Notes: generated by a model from the sequence alone, not told the origin. Shown: positions 1-8,104, counted from the stretch's first letter. The stretch: DNA of 53,130 nt from a virus (IMGVR_UViG_3300030430_003035:1-53130), one strand, 5' to 3'. Numbers and translations are program-made.

Positions 1-49
1 CCTCGTCTTTAGTATCGCCATTGCAATACGCATGAACTGATTCATTAAA

Positions 50-256
50 TTAATCTGCTTCAAATCCATAAGTCTCTGTATCTTTTTTGCATAAGTCTAT
101 GATGCTTGAACCACTTGGTGTTATGGTTTTATCAACCCACTTATCATATTCTTCAAAGAACTTTTTCTTTGCTTCGTTAAGTGAGGGTGTGTCTTGGTGT
201 TCTGCTCTATACATAAACCCTTGCACAAACCAGTGCCAACTTTTTTTATCATTCAT
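50..256 (-). CDS. Hypothetical early protein (MNDKKSWHWF...)
   Basis: ORF conserved in the right repeat copy (52577-52783); ATGA overlap with upstream gene fixes the start. Confidence 0.75.
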   Translation of the reverse strand: MNDKKSWHWFVQGFMYRAEHQDTPSLNEAKKKFFEEYDKWVDKTITPSGSSIIDLCKKDTETYGFEAD

Positions 257-438
257 TTTCGTTTGTTCTTTTCTATTCTCCAAAGCGTGAAGAACAATGC
301 TATTAATAAAGGTTCAAGAATAACAAAGATGATTACATTCGCTAAGTAATATCCGTATCCATACGAGCCGGGCGAACCGCCAAGCCATTGAAGCACGTAC
401 ACACACTTCATAAATAAGTCGGTTATAAATTCTTCCAT
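253..438 (-). CDS. Small membrane protein
   Basis: 61 aa with hydrophobic C-terminal helix; the copy at 52862-53047 differs mainly by synonymous or conservative changes. Confidence 0.75.
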   Translation of the reverse strand: MEEFITDLFMKCVYVLQWLGGSPGSYGYGYYLANVIIFVILEPLLIALFFTLWRIEKNKRK

Positions 439-441
439 GCC

Positions 442-630
442 TTACATTTTTATTAAACGCAATCTTCTTTCATACTTACGTATCAACATCGCTGTATTTG
501 TTAACTGACGTTGCACTTTTTTCGTCCACCCAATTCTACTTGCGTGAATCGTAAGGTTTACTTGGTCAATCATAAGCGAGTCCAAGTAACTCTCAGTTCT
601 TTTTATGTGTTTTCTCTTTCGTGTCATCAT
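442..630 (-). CDS. Hypothetical basic protein
   Basis: ORF in tightly packed minus-strand operon. Confidence 0.6.
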   Translation of the reverse strand: MMTRKRKHIKRTESYLDSLMIDQVNLTIHASRIGWTKKVQRQLTNTAMLIRKYERRLRLIKM

Positions 631-776
631 GCAAACAGTCTTTGTAAGCCTTTGATAATCACGTAGAAAAACGTAAAGATAGGCCCGTAAAGAAAAATGT
701 ATGCAAGAATCTCTACAATTACAGAGGGCTTGCGTCTTGGTTTAAAGTCGTCTGGTGACGGTGGAAAGTTCTTCAT
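627..776 (-). CDS. 49-aa single-pass membrane microprotein (MKNFPPSPDDFKPRRKPSVIVEILAYIFLYGPIFTFFYVIIKGLQRLFA)
   Basis: Translated by hand; fills the gap, ATGA overlap with next gene, one TM helix. Confidence 0.6.
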   Translation of the reverse strand: MKNFPPSPDDFKPRRKPSVIVEILAYIFLYGPIFTFFYVIIKGLQRLFA

Positions 777-1392
777 AGTTTGTTGATTTTAATATTTCTA
801 AACATAATTCGTGAGGTATTTTGCTACGCTCGTGATTGTTCGCGCGTCCTTGAGTACCTGTCTGAGAACCACGTGGCGCACGTTCGTGGCACGGGTCTCC
901 ATTCTTACACATCGGTCTTGGAATCCAACGCATATCATTGGTCCATATATCCGTAGGTTTCATTCGTGTGTCTCCGTACTGACAATACGTAACGGTATGT
1001 CGTATCGGATGTATTTTCATAAAGTCCATCTTGCGTAGCATACCACGAGGGTTCTCGATGTAGTATACGAGGTCGGGATTCTTCTTGGTAAAGTAATCTA
1101 TAATCTCGTGAACCTTAGCAATCATTAGGTCGGACTTCTTAGCGAACTCTGTCTTGGGTTCTTGTCCGTTTCGGTGGTGTGATACCGCTGCGATGCTGTA
1201 TGATGTACACGGAGGCGATGCCCAGATCACGTCAGGTATCATCATTACCTCACGCACATCAAAGTCAAGGATGTCGGTTATGTAATCAATACCACCAAAC
1301 TGAGTGATATCGCTTGAGAACACACGCATCCCAAGTTCTTGTGCGGCTTTGCCCACTGAGCGTGAGCCCGCAAATAGTTCTAACACATTCAT
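742..1392 (-). CDS. DNA (cytosine-5) methyltransferase, short phage type
   Basis: Motif I ELFAGS, motif IV ASPPC, motif VI IENP. Confidence 0.9.
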   Translation of the reverse strand: MNVLELFAGSRSVGKAAQELGMRVFSSDITQFGGIDYITDILDFDVREVMMIPDVIWASPPCTSYSIAAVSHHRNGQEPKTEFAKKSDLMIAKVHEIIDYFTKKNPDLVYYIENPRGMLRKMDFMKIHPIRHTVTYCQYGDTRMKPTDIWTNDMRWIPRPMCKNGDPCHERAPRGSQTGTQGRANNHERSKIPHELCLEILKSTNYEELSTVTRRL

Positions 1393-1569
1393 AAGGCAAG
1401 TTGTATTTAATTTTCTTTTTCTCTTAGGTACACTTGGCTAACGTCCTCAAGGTCATCAATAACCTTGAGCAGATAGTCAGAAGTTATATACACTCCAGAT
1501 ATGTTTTTGTCTTCGTATATCGACTTGAGTGCATTTACTGCTTGGTTTATTTTATCGTTTACCATAGTC

Positions 1570-1878
1570 TTATCGGTACTGTATTTTATGCACCTTGACA
1601 GTGCCTTCGTTAATCATAGCAAACACATTGTCCCAATCGCCGGCATCCATCGCCCACTCAAGGTCATCCTTGTGGTGTGGTATTCCGAAGTTGCTATAAG
1701 CAAATCCATTGGTAGAGATTACGAAATCTCCATCGTCGTTCTTCTTTGCTATCCATCTGTACTTGTTGTCGCACATCACGGATACTAAATCAATCTTGAT
1801 TTGGTGTACTGAATCGTAAGGAAACGGGTCTACCTTAAGTGCAGGCGGGTTTTGTATTAGTTGTCTATATAAACTCAT
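1570..1878 (-). CDS. Hypothetical early protein
   Basis: ORF in minus-strand operon. Confidence 0.65.
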   Translation of the reverse strand: MSLYRQLIQNPPALKVDPFPYDSVHQIKIDLVSVMCDNKYRWIAKKNDDGDFVISTNGFAYSNFGIPHHKDDLEWAMDAGDWDNVFAMINEGTVKVHKIQYR

Positions 1879-2015
1879 TATCTTGTCTATTAAATTCTAC
1901 TTCTATTATGGCAAGCAACTCAAGTGCTTTGTCTAATTTGACACGAACAAAAGTGTTGTGTAACAAATTCGCAGTATCCCGTGCCTCCTGCACGAGACTT
2001 ACCGCTTTGTTTAAT

Positions 2016-2336
2016 TCACTGTCCACCACGACTCTTGCTTAAAAGTTCAATGAAATCTGATGGCTCATCATTCCTGGAATTAAATTCTTTTACCATCTTA
2101 TCTACTCTTGCGTTGTGCTCTTCAATCGTAACTTCGGTTTGAATTAATTCATCAATAGAAAAATGTGCGAGTTCAATCTCGTTCGTTTGGCTCTCACCTA
2201 ATTCTATTTCGGTCATGCACAAGTCAAATATGCCTTGCACTTCCTCCTTTAGTTGAGGGAACTGTTTAATCACATCTTTACAGCGATTGATTAAAGTGTC
2301 TATCATTATGTCATTCATTTGTTGCGCCTCCTTCAC
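2016..2336 (-). CDS. Hypothetical acidic protein
   Basis: ORF in minus-strand operon with AT-rich leader. Confidence 0.65.
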   Translation of the reverse strand: MKEAQQMNDIMIDTLINRCKDVIKQFPQLKEEVQGIFDLCMTEIELGESQTNEIELAHFSIDELIQTEVTIEEHNARVDKMVKEFNSRNDEPSDFIELLSKSRGGQ

Positions 2337-2375
2337 GCGTTAAAAGATTAAATTATTTTTTTAAAAACCAAAACA

Positions 2376-2633
2376 TTATACTCCTTCGTATTTACTGATT
2401 AGTTTTTCAAGTGCTTGTTCGTACTCCATTGACCCGTAACTAATATTCGGAAAGAAAGTATTATGGAAATCTCGGTTGGTGTAATCACTGAATACCGCAT
2501 CTACATACGTTCCACCTCCGCTCCCATCGTTCCAGATCCGTGCACCACGTACATTGGTTGTGCATTCGTAACCCAATCCTCTCCGGGTTTCAAAGTAACG
2601 TACTCCCGTTACCTTCAATTCATTTGTTTTCAT
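2376..2633 (-). CDS. Hypothetical phage protein (VRYFETRRGLGY...IWNDGSGGGT)
   Basis: ORF with AT-rich leader ending TGCTT-ATG. Confidence 0.7.
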   Translation of the reverse strand: MKTNELKVTGVRYFETRRGLGYECTTNVRGARIWNDGSGGGTYVDAVFSDYTNRDFHNTFFPNISYGSMEYEQALEKLISKYEGV

Positions 2634-2678
2634 AAGCATTTGTATTTAGTTTTCGTTATCATTAAAAAATAATTGTCA

Positions 2679-2999
2679 TCACCCCATCTTCGGATACAAA
2701 CCGTTCAGTTCCTCAGAGTCTGTTAAGTAGCACCAAAGGCATCCAATAATATTTTGCGGGGGCCATGCATACACACACCCGCTCGGAGGTGTGAGTGCAT
2801 ACCCACAGGATATGACTCCATTGCCCAAAGTGTCCAACATTCTATGCATAGTCTTGTAGAACTTTGTTCTTCTTGGTTGCTTGAATTGACCTTGACCTAT
2901 TACATAGGTCTTTTTTGTCTTGACCACCTCTCCAGACTCTACTTCTACATAGAAGTACCAAGTTTGAATAGTTTCGTAAGTCTTTGCTTTCTTTTTCAT
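2679..2999 (-). CDS. Hypothetical early protein
   Basis: ORF with TGCTT-ATG leader directly after a tRNA-like element. Confidence 0.65.
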   Translation of the reverse strand: MKKKAKTYETIQTWYFYVEVESGEVVKTKKTYVIGQGQFKQPRRTKFYKTMHRMLDTLGNGVISCGYALTPPSGCVYAWPPQNIIGCLWCYLTDSEELNGLYPKMG

Positions 3000-3024
3000 A
3001 AGCATTTATTTAAAATTATTTTCG

Positions 3025-3095
3025 TAGAAGAGCGGTGGGAATCGAACCCACAAAAACCATTCGCCCTGTCCGCCTTTGACTACCTTACCGCTTCT
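3025..3095 (-). ncRNA. tRNA-like element D (degenerate)
   Basis: T-arm GTGGG-TTCGATT-CCCAC, imperfect acceptor AGAAGCG/CGCTCT, 3' TCTA, D-like hairpin GTC-AAAGGCG-GAC, no proper anticodon arm. Confidence 0.55.
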
Positions 3096-3184
3096 ACCAT
3101 CTTCGAATCTTTGCACTACAGCGGAGGCAGGTAGCCCTTCAATCCCCAAGGCATCGGAGATTTTACAATGTGTAGTGCAATTAC

Positions 3185-3580
3185 TTAATACCACGCATAG
3201 TAGTATAATTCATCATTTGCTTTAATGTCATCAAGTGCTTCTGAAAGACCTGTTATTGTATCACGAATGTCTTGATAGTACCACTCGTCGTATTCCGTTT
3301 CTCCCCAAAAGAACCCTTCTTCCGTAGGCAGTAGTTCCTTAGCAACGTCTTTCTTGCCTGCAAGCACGTCCATACAGAGGTCAATCAACTTCAGTATCTC
3401 TTTCTCTGTTACAGGTATAGGTGTGCAGTTATCTTCCACAGCACCTTCCGTAAACCAACTGTGAATTTGGTTTGCCTTTCGCCAATACATCAACTGAACA
3501 TCATCAGCCTCTTTGTAGTCTTCATTCGTAGCGTAATCGCTTCTGCGCTTCTTACGATACAAGTACATATCTAATCCCAT
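3185..3580 (-). CDS. Conserved phage protein (MGLDMYL...YWRKANQIH family)
   Basis: Recognisable MGLDMYL start and YWRKANQIHxWF motif common in tailed phages. Confidence 0.8.
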   Translation of the reverse strand: MGLDMYLYRKKRRSDYATNEDYKEADDVQLMYWRKANQIHSWFTEGAVEDNCTPIPVTEKEILKLIDLCMDVLAGKKDVAKELLPTEEGFFWGETEYDEWYYQDIRDTITGLSEALDDIKANDELYYYAWY

Positions 3581-3757
3581 AGCGTTGTTATTCTTTTTCT
3601 GATTTGTCTTGAGGTATGTCTTTGACCTCACCAGTTTTAGGGTCAATTACCACTAATTTCTTTCTTGATTGCTCAGTCTTTACAGTGAAAAGACCGAGCG
3701 GTGTTACATTTGATTTACTCATATTAATTCCATTTTTTATTAAATCTATGTTATTGG

Positions 3758-4654
3758 TTAGGGTTTGTTTTTAAAAATATCAGCCTCAACATCTTCCCAT
3801 AAATCCATTACCTCATCAACAGCGTCAAGCAAGTAGGCGTTACATTTCATACACTCTGAGTTGTAATTCACATCAGTGTCTTGAGTCCCGCATACATTAC
3901 AGTCATACGTTCCTTCCAGAGGTGCTTGTGCCGTGAAGTCAATAAAATCATCTACGTCTGATAACTCATCCGGATTAGGGAAGAAAGACTCATTGTAGGT
4001 TTTGATATCCTCTTCATCGTCAAAGTAGCCATCGTCTTGTCCCCAATCGTACGTGTAAGAACTCCCGCTTGAAACAGCCGTACTCCCGTAGTACCTGATC
4101 GCCTTCGTGTGTGAGTCATTGCTGAACCAATTGTCTCCAATCCATTCGCCAAGTTTCTCCCCGAATATGCGGTACTCGCCCTTGTCGTCCAAGAATATCA
4201 ATTTGTTTGTGCCTCCTAAATACTCGTAGATAGCATCCTCAATAAACATATTGTCAAGCATCTCCGTGCTAACATTAGGTATGGTGCTAAGTAATTCCGT
4301 AAACTCTGCGGTGTCAGATTTGTCCTTTGTACCGAATCCACGAATAACACCATTGTGTACGAGTCCGAGTTCGTTCGTTACGAAGAACGGGTGTAGGTAC
4401 TCCTCGCTCATACCGTGAGTAGCAATACGGAAGTGTAACAGCATAGGTTGCTCGCCTGATGCTGAACGCTTGACCTCCGTATATCGTTGATAAAATTCAT
4501 CAAATGAATTACCACCTGTGTTGGGAAACTTTTCGGCTACAAGTTTGCCGTCTTGTATGAACAGCATGCCTGCGCCATCGTCATTGTATGTCCAACAATT
4601 GGACAGTTTTTTCTTAGGCAACATCTTGCCTGCATTCATAATTGCAATACACAT
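3758..4654 (-). CDS. Class II (Ntn) glutamine amidotransferase with C-terminal Zn ribbon
   Basis: N-terminal M-C nucleophile, HFRIATHG, HPF and HNG motifs; CNVC..CMKC near C-terminus. Confidence 0.88.
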   Translation of the reverse strand: MCIAIMNAGKMLPKKKLSNCWTYNDDGAGMLFIQDGKLVAEKFPNTGGNSFDEFYQRYTEVKRSASGEQPMLLHFRIATHGMSEEYLHPFFVTNELGLVHNGVIRGFGTKDKSDTAEFTELLSTIPNVSTEMLDNMFIEDAIYEYLGGTNKLIFLDDKGEYRIFGEKLGEWIGDNWFSNDSHTKAIRYYGSTAVSSGSSYTYDWGQDDGYFDDEEDIKTYNESFFPNPDELSDVDDFIDFTAQAPLEGTYDCNVCGTQDTDVNYNSECMKCNAYLLDAVDEVMDLWEDVEADIFKNKP

Positions 4655-4711
4655 AAGCATAGTTGTGCGGTGTTATCCTCTCGCACTCTTGAGTTTGGTT
4701 AAACTATTATT

Positions 4712-6760
4712 TTAAATTGCTACCTTGTCTAGGTATTTTGCTGTTTCTTCATTGTCCATATCGTACGCTGACCCGAAGGTGTTGCTTAGTCGGGTAGTAG
4801 CCTCAAACGTATTTGATACAATGATGTTACCCTTGATTTTGCGGTTCTTGAGTCTACGGACTGCACTCTTGATGAACACTCCAACACCATCGCTCGTGAA
4901 GTCGTAAGACGAGTACAGGTCGTCTGCGAACTGAGCGTATAGGCTGACAATCTTGTGTATCATGTCCACGCTGTAAACCTTGCGTAGTAGTCTGTGCAGT
5001 TTACTCTTAGGGTTGAGCATCATCGAAATCACATTAAGTGGTTTTAAGTTTTGATTCTCGCAAACAATACGCATGAGGTCTCGCCTCCACAAGAGGTTCG
5101 TTACGTTACGTACAGCGGGTGGTAGACGTAACTCTACATACTTGTTCTTGATGTGTATAGCAGAGTATTTACCTGCATTCTTGTAGTCAGAAGGCTTGCG
5201 TTTTATCTGCGAGTATGAGTTGCCTAATCGGTGTCTCCATATCGTTAAGAACAAAGGCACGAAGGCTTGTATGCTATCGAAGAAAGCCTCACCACTTTTA
5301 CCAATCTGTCCTATGTTGATGTGTCCCCCACAATTACTTGTGTAGTCTGCGCTGATGTGTTCAACAAGCATTCTGCTTACAAAACCTTCGCCGTTCAAGG
5401 CAATATCAATATCATCCGTAAACAAGTCATATACAGGGCTTACTAACTCGTACCCGTCATTCCCAAGCGAACCGTCTGACTCGCGACACCATTTGGTGTC
5501 GTCTACCTCATCGAGGTCATAGTCATCAAGTAATTGCTCATCTTCTTTCTCCACCTCAAAGCCAATGGTAAATTTCGTGTCATTATTGTACAGTATTTTA
5601 CGAAATCCGCTGTGGTATTCGTGAGTGCGCTCATATCGTGGCTCGCGGTTAACGTACTCCTCGTTGCGGTCATCCCACCATACATAGTTGTTTTCGTCAT
5701 CGTGGTGGTAATACTCGCCGTCACTATCACAATACAGCAAGTCATCAATCCAATCGTACTCGCCTTCACGACTACCTGCGGTTATCATTGCTATACTGTC
5801 GCTAAAATCCGGCAACCAAACAAAATTTCCGCTTACTAACTCAACGACTTCATCGTCATCAAAAGGTGTAAGTATTATGGTTGACTGCCCGCCATCAACG
5901 TCTACATCATAATACCTGATCGCGACATTTGAATGTATGTACTCGCCCTCATGTTGGCTTTGTGATGTTAACACAAGTGCTTCATCAGAAGATATTGTGT
6001 TACCATCGTAATCCAATACAAAATCTTTCATAGACCTTTTTTTATTTAATTCAACAAAATTTTCAACAATCTTTATGTTCATTCTTATCGCACGTGTTTT
6101 AGGACCCAAAGAGCCCGCTTCCCCCAAAGCATTCTCAAGGCTTCTTACGAAGGATGCTAATTTTTTTACCATTCTCATGCGGGATACTCGATATTCTTCA
6201 ATTGTGGCTTGATTAAAACCCTCCTGCTCAAAGTACTCAAGCCTCTTTGAGTGGAAGTTGATGCTATTTATCAAATCGTACGTCCACCTTAGTGAGTTGT
6301 ACATGAATGCTCCAAGAGCATTTTGTCCTGTGAGTGTGTGGTCACGTAAATAAAACATATCGAACCCACTTGCCTTATACAGAGTTGCCTTCTCGCCTAT
6401 GCTTAGTACGTCTGGAATCAGCGCGTACTTTCGCGAACCCTCACTAAAAATCATTGACTCATCACTCCACTCAAATTGTAATAATTTGAAACCGTCTATT
6501 TGGGGCAGTGTCAAATCATCTAAACTACGTTGCGTTACTTCGTACACAAGTTTTCTGATTTTCCTCATCTGTGTTTGAAAGGTCTCCATTAAAGTGTATT
6601 TCGGTATAAGACCCGTCGCACCCGGATGTACCCTCGCTCCATGCACACTGCTATACAAACCGGGTCCTCGTTCACGTTGCACAAGATGTCCAAAGTCATC
6701 CCTTTTGAACAACGTGACAATCAGACCTCTAAAGTCATACTCAATTAAATTCATAGTCAT
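4712..6760 (-). CDS. Amidoligase (COOH-NH2 ligase, Amidoligase_2-like) with long unknown N-terminal region
   Basis: IGFEVE, DGSL, YELVSP, CGGHINI and ELR motifs; adjacent GATase-II; start uncertain (6754-6790). Confidence 0.85.
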   Translation of the reverse strand: MTMNLIEYDFRGLIVTLFKRDDFGHLVQRERGPGLYSSVHGARVHPGATGLIPKYTLMETFQTQMRKIRKLVYEVTQRSLDDLTLPQIDGFKLLQFEWSDESMIFSEGSRKYALIPDVLSIGEKATLYKASGFDMFYLRDHTLTGQNALGAFMYNSLRWTYDLINSINFHSKRLEYFEQEGFNQATIEEYRVSRMRMVKKLASFVRSLENALGEAGSLGPKTRAIRMNIKIVENFVELNKKRSMKDFVLDYDGNTISSDEALVLTSQSQHEGEYIHSNVAIRYYDVDVDGGQSTIILTPFDDDEVVELVSGNFVWLPDFSDSIAMITAGSREGEYDWIDDLLYCDSDGEYYHHDDENNYVWWDDRNEEYVNREPRYERTHEYHSGFRKILYNNDTKFTIGFEVEKEDEQLLDDYDLDEVDDTKWCRESDGSLGNDGYELVSPVYDLFTDDIDIALNGEGFVSRMLVEHISADYTSNCGGHINIGQIGKSGEAFFDSIQAFVPLFLTIWRHRLGNSYSQIKRKPSDYKNAGKYSAIHIKNKYVELRLPPAVRNVTNLLWRRDLMRIVCENQNLKPLNVISMMLNPKSKLHRLLRKVYSVDMIHKIVSLYAQFADDLYSSYDFTSDGVGVFIKSAVRRLKNRKIKGNIIVSNTFEATTRLSNTFGSAYDMDNEETAKYLDKVAI

Positions 6761-6797
6761 TCTAATGTGTGTGTAACCTGCCCTACACACTTGGGCT

Positions 6798-6889
6798 TGG
6801 GGGACTGAGTGGGACTCGAACCCACAACGCGCCCTCCGACTCCGCTACTAACCAAACCAATGCAAAAAAATAGTCGGTGCGCTCAGTCC
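6798..6889 (-). ncRNA. tRNA-like element A
   Basis: Acceptor GGACTGA/TCAGTCC + CCCA; T-arm GTGGG-TTCGAGT-CCCAC; D and anticodon arms replaced by one long arm (GCGC..CCGACT/AGTCGG..GCGC). Confidence 0.75.
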
Positions 6890-6927
6890 GTTTATAGTGT
6901 GGTCTCCACTACATCAAATCATCCTCA

Positions 6928-6935
6928 CAAACGTA
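6928..6935 (-). promoter_or_regulatory. Bacteroidetes-type -7 promoter box TACGTTTG
   Basis: TAnnTTTG just upstream of the hairpin leader, element A and the amidoligase operon. Confidence 0.6.
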
Positions 6936-6981
6936 GGATAAATATCTGAGAATCAGTGTTAAAGGTTTGTTAAAACCATTC

Positions 6982-7140
6982 TCATCGTATCAGCGAGCGT
7001 ATTATACCCACGTCTATCGTTCCGTACGTTCTGTGTACCTTGAGTAGGTACGACTCAGCCTCCTTCCATTCCGGTAGGTTTGTATGTATCTTACCTTCGT
7101 ACACACGAATCGCTCTTCTTATTTTCTCCAATTCATTCAT
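6982..7140 (-). CDS. 52-aa hypothetical protein (MNELEKIRRAIRVYEG...)
   Basis: Translated by hand; overlaps stop of 7133-7321. Confidence 0.55.
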   Translation of the reverse strand: MNELEKIRRAIRVYEGKIHTNLPEWKEAESYLLKVHRTYGTIDVGIIRSLIR

Positions 7141-7321
7141 AGTTCAAATGTTTTGTGTATAGTTCAGGCGCATTGTGATGCGTCATCCATTCGCAGTTAT
7201 CTACACGATGGTTCATACTAATGAAGTCCTCAAGAAATTTTTCGTATCCAACAGGAAGTGAATACACACATACCTTCCCACTCTCAAAATCTAATACTGT
7301 TACATACTTGGCTCTACTCAT
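7133..7321 (-). CDS. Hypothetical protein (KYVTVLDF...NCEWM)
   Basis: ORF coupled by overlaps at both ends. Confidence 0.7.
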   Translation of the reverse strand: MSRAKYVTVLDFESGKVCVYSLPVGYEKFLEDFISMNHRVDNCEWMTHHNAPELYTKHLNYE

Positions 7322-7425
7322 AGCATAGCATTTTTTCTCAAGTTCAACACAAGGTGCAATACTGCTTGCCCAAGCAAGGACAAGCCCATCATAGCCTGCA
7401 CAAGGCTCAAAATCAAATCAATCAT
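7318..7425 (-). CDS. 35-aa hydrophobic microprotein (MIDLILSLVQAMMGLSLLGQAVLHLVLNLRKNAML)
   Basis: Translated by hand; ATGA overlap with next gene. Confidence 0.5.
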   Translation of the reverse strand: MIDLILSLVQAMMGLSLLGQAVLHLVLNLRKNAML

Positions 7426-7437
7426 CGGTCATTCATT

Positions 7438-7482
7438 TAGTGAGTGTAGGGGGAATCGAACCCCCTCGTGTACCATACACCC
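7438..7482 (-). ncRNA. tRNA-like element B (45-nt mini-tRNA)
   Basis: Acceptor GGGTGTA/TACACTC + ACTA; T-arm GGGGG-TTCGATT-CCCCC; only 10 nt (TGGTACACGA) between them. Confidence 0.75.
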
Positions 7483-7483
7483 T

Positions 7484-7646
7484 ATGGACTCATACTTTCG
7501 GTTAGCCTAGAACTTAAAAGTCCATCCATCTACGCTGACCTAACCCGGCATACAGGGACGCATCGCTTAAACCGGGTGTGATGCGCCCGAAGGAAAGTAA
7601 ACACGCCATATAGTTTACTTTTACGATAGTGGTTTCGCCTACTATC
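7484..7646 (-). ncRNA. Structured RNA: two hairpins and two tandem H-type pseudoknots
   Basis: Hairpins GATAGT/ACTATC and AAAGTAAAC/GTTTACTTT; PK1 GGGCGCATC/GATGCGTCC + ACCCGG/CCGGGT; PK2 GGTCAGC.TAGA/TCTA.GCTAACC + ATGGACTT/GAGTCCAT. Confidence 0.65.
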
Positions 7647-7664
7647 AACCCAAAAGATGCACAT

Positions 7665-7772
7665 CTACTCGCAGTTGAGACACTCGTCTCTTTCGAGTTC
7701 TTCATTCCATTCAACGCTGTATACAAGGTCGCCACAGCAACCGCATATATAAAGCACAGGTTCGTTCATCAT
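7665..7772 (-). CDS. 35-aa Zn-ribbon microprotein (MMNEPVLYICGCCGDLVYSVEWNEELERDECLNCE)
   Basis: Translated by hand; CxxC...CxxC; AT-rich leader. Confidence 0.6.
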   Translation of the reverse strand: MMNEPVLYICGCCGDLVYSVEWNEELERDECLNCE

Positions 7773-7785
7773 AAAGCAATTAATT

Positions 7786-7852
7786 TAGGGGACTACGAGC
7801 ATCACGAATGCTCAGTACGACAAGGCATAGTTATACCTTTCGTAGATAGTCC
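7786..7852 (-). ncRNA. tRNA-like element C
   Basis: Acceptor GGACTAT/GTAGTCC + CCTA; T-like arm GAGCA-TTCGTGA-TGCTC (non-canonical loop); one middle arm TACGA..AAGGTAT/ATGCCTT..TCGTA; same leader as element A. Confidence 0.65.
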
Positions 7853-7882
7853 GTTTTAGGTGTGGTCTCCACCGCCAACAAG

Positions 7883-8104
7883 TTACTTGCGCTTGGCTCT
7901 ACGAGCCTCACGCTGGGCTTGTGCCCTGTACACCTTGCGGTCTATCTGCTCGGCGTACCTTATCTCAAGTGCATCGGCTTTCATCTTGCCTCGTGCCTTA
8001 CGTTTGCTTGAGTTTGCGGTCTTGCCTCCAAGTGAAGGTGCGCTCACCACTCGGACTACGTACTCGTAGCCCTTGTGGTTGCGGTGTGTTGCGAACATAC
8101 CCAT
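7883..8104 (-). CDS. Basic early protein
   Basis: K/R-rich ORF coupled to upstream gene. Confidence 0.6.
   Translation of the reverse strand: MGMFATHRNHKGYEYVVRVVSAPSLGGKTANSSKRKARGKMKADALEIRYAEQIDRKVYRAQAQREARRAKRK

Larger units (their letters stand above)
1..521. repeat. Left copy of imperfect terminal direct repeat
   Basis: Matches 52528-53130; first 77 nt and last ~81 nt identical, SNPs in between, and an ~82-nt segment present only in the right copy. Confidence 0.95.

Noticed and set aside
1-521. True physical direct terminal repeats
   Set aside because: Real DTRs are copied each replication round and should be identical; these differ and cut through genes
3006-3194. 62-aa minus-strand ORF (likewise 7514-7735)
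   Set aside because: Non-ATG starts and complete overlap with strongly paired RNA structures; better explained as ncRNA
3025-7482. attP sites (tRNA 3' halves) of a temperate phage
   Set aside because: No integrase or repressor recognised, and the elements keep a complementary 5' acceptor strand, which attP cores do not need
7438-7872. tmRNA
   Set aside because: Acceptor stem closes locally within 45 nt, no G3-U70 pair, and the internal ORF has its own ATG and no Ala-ending tag
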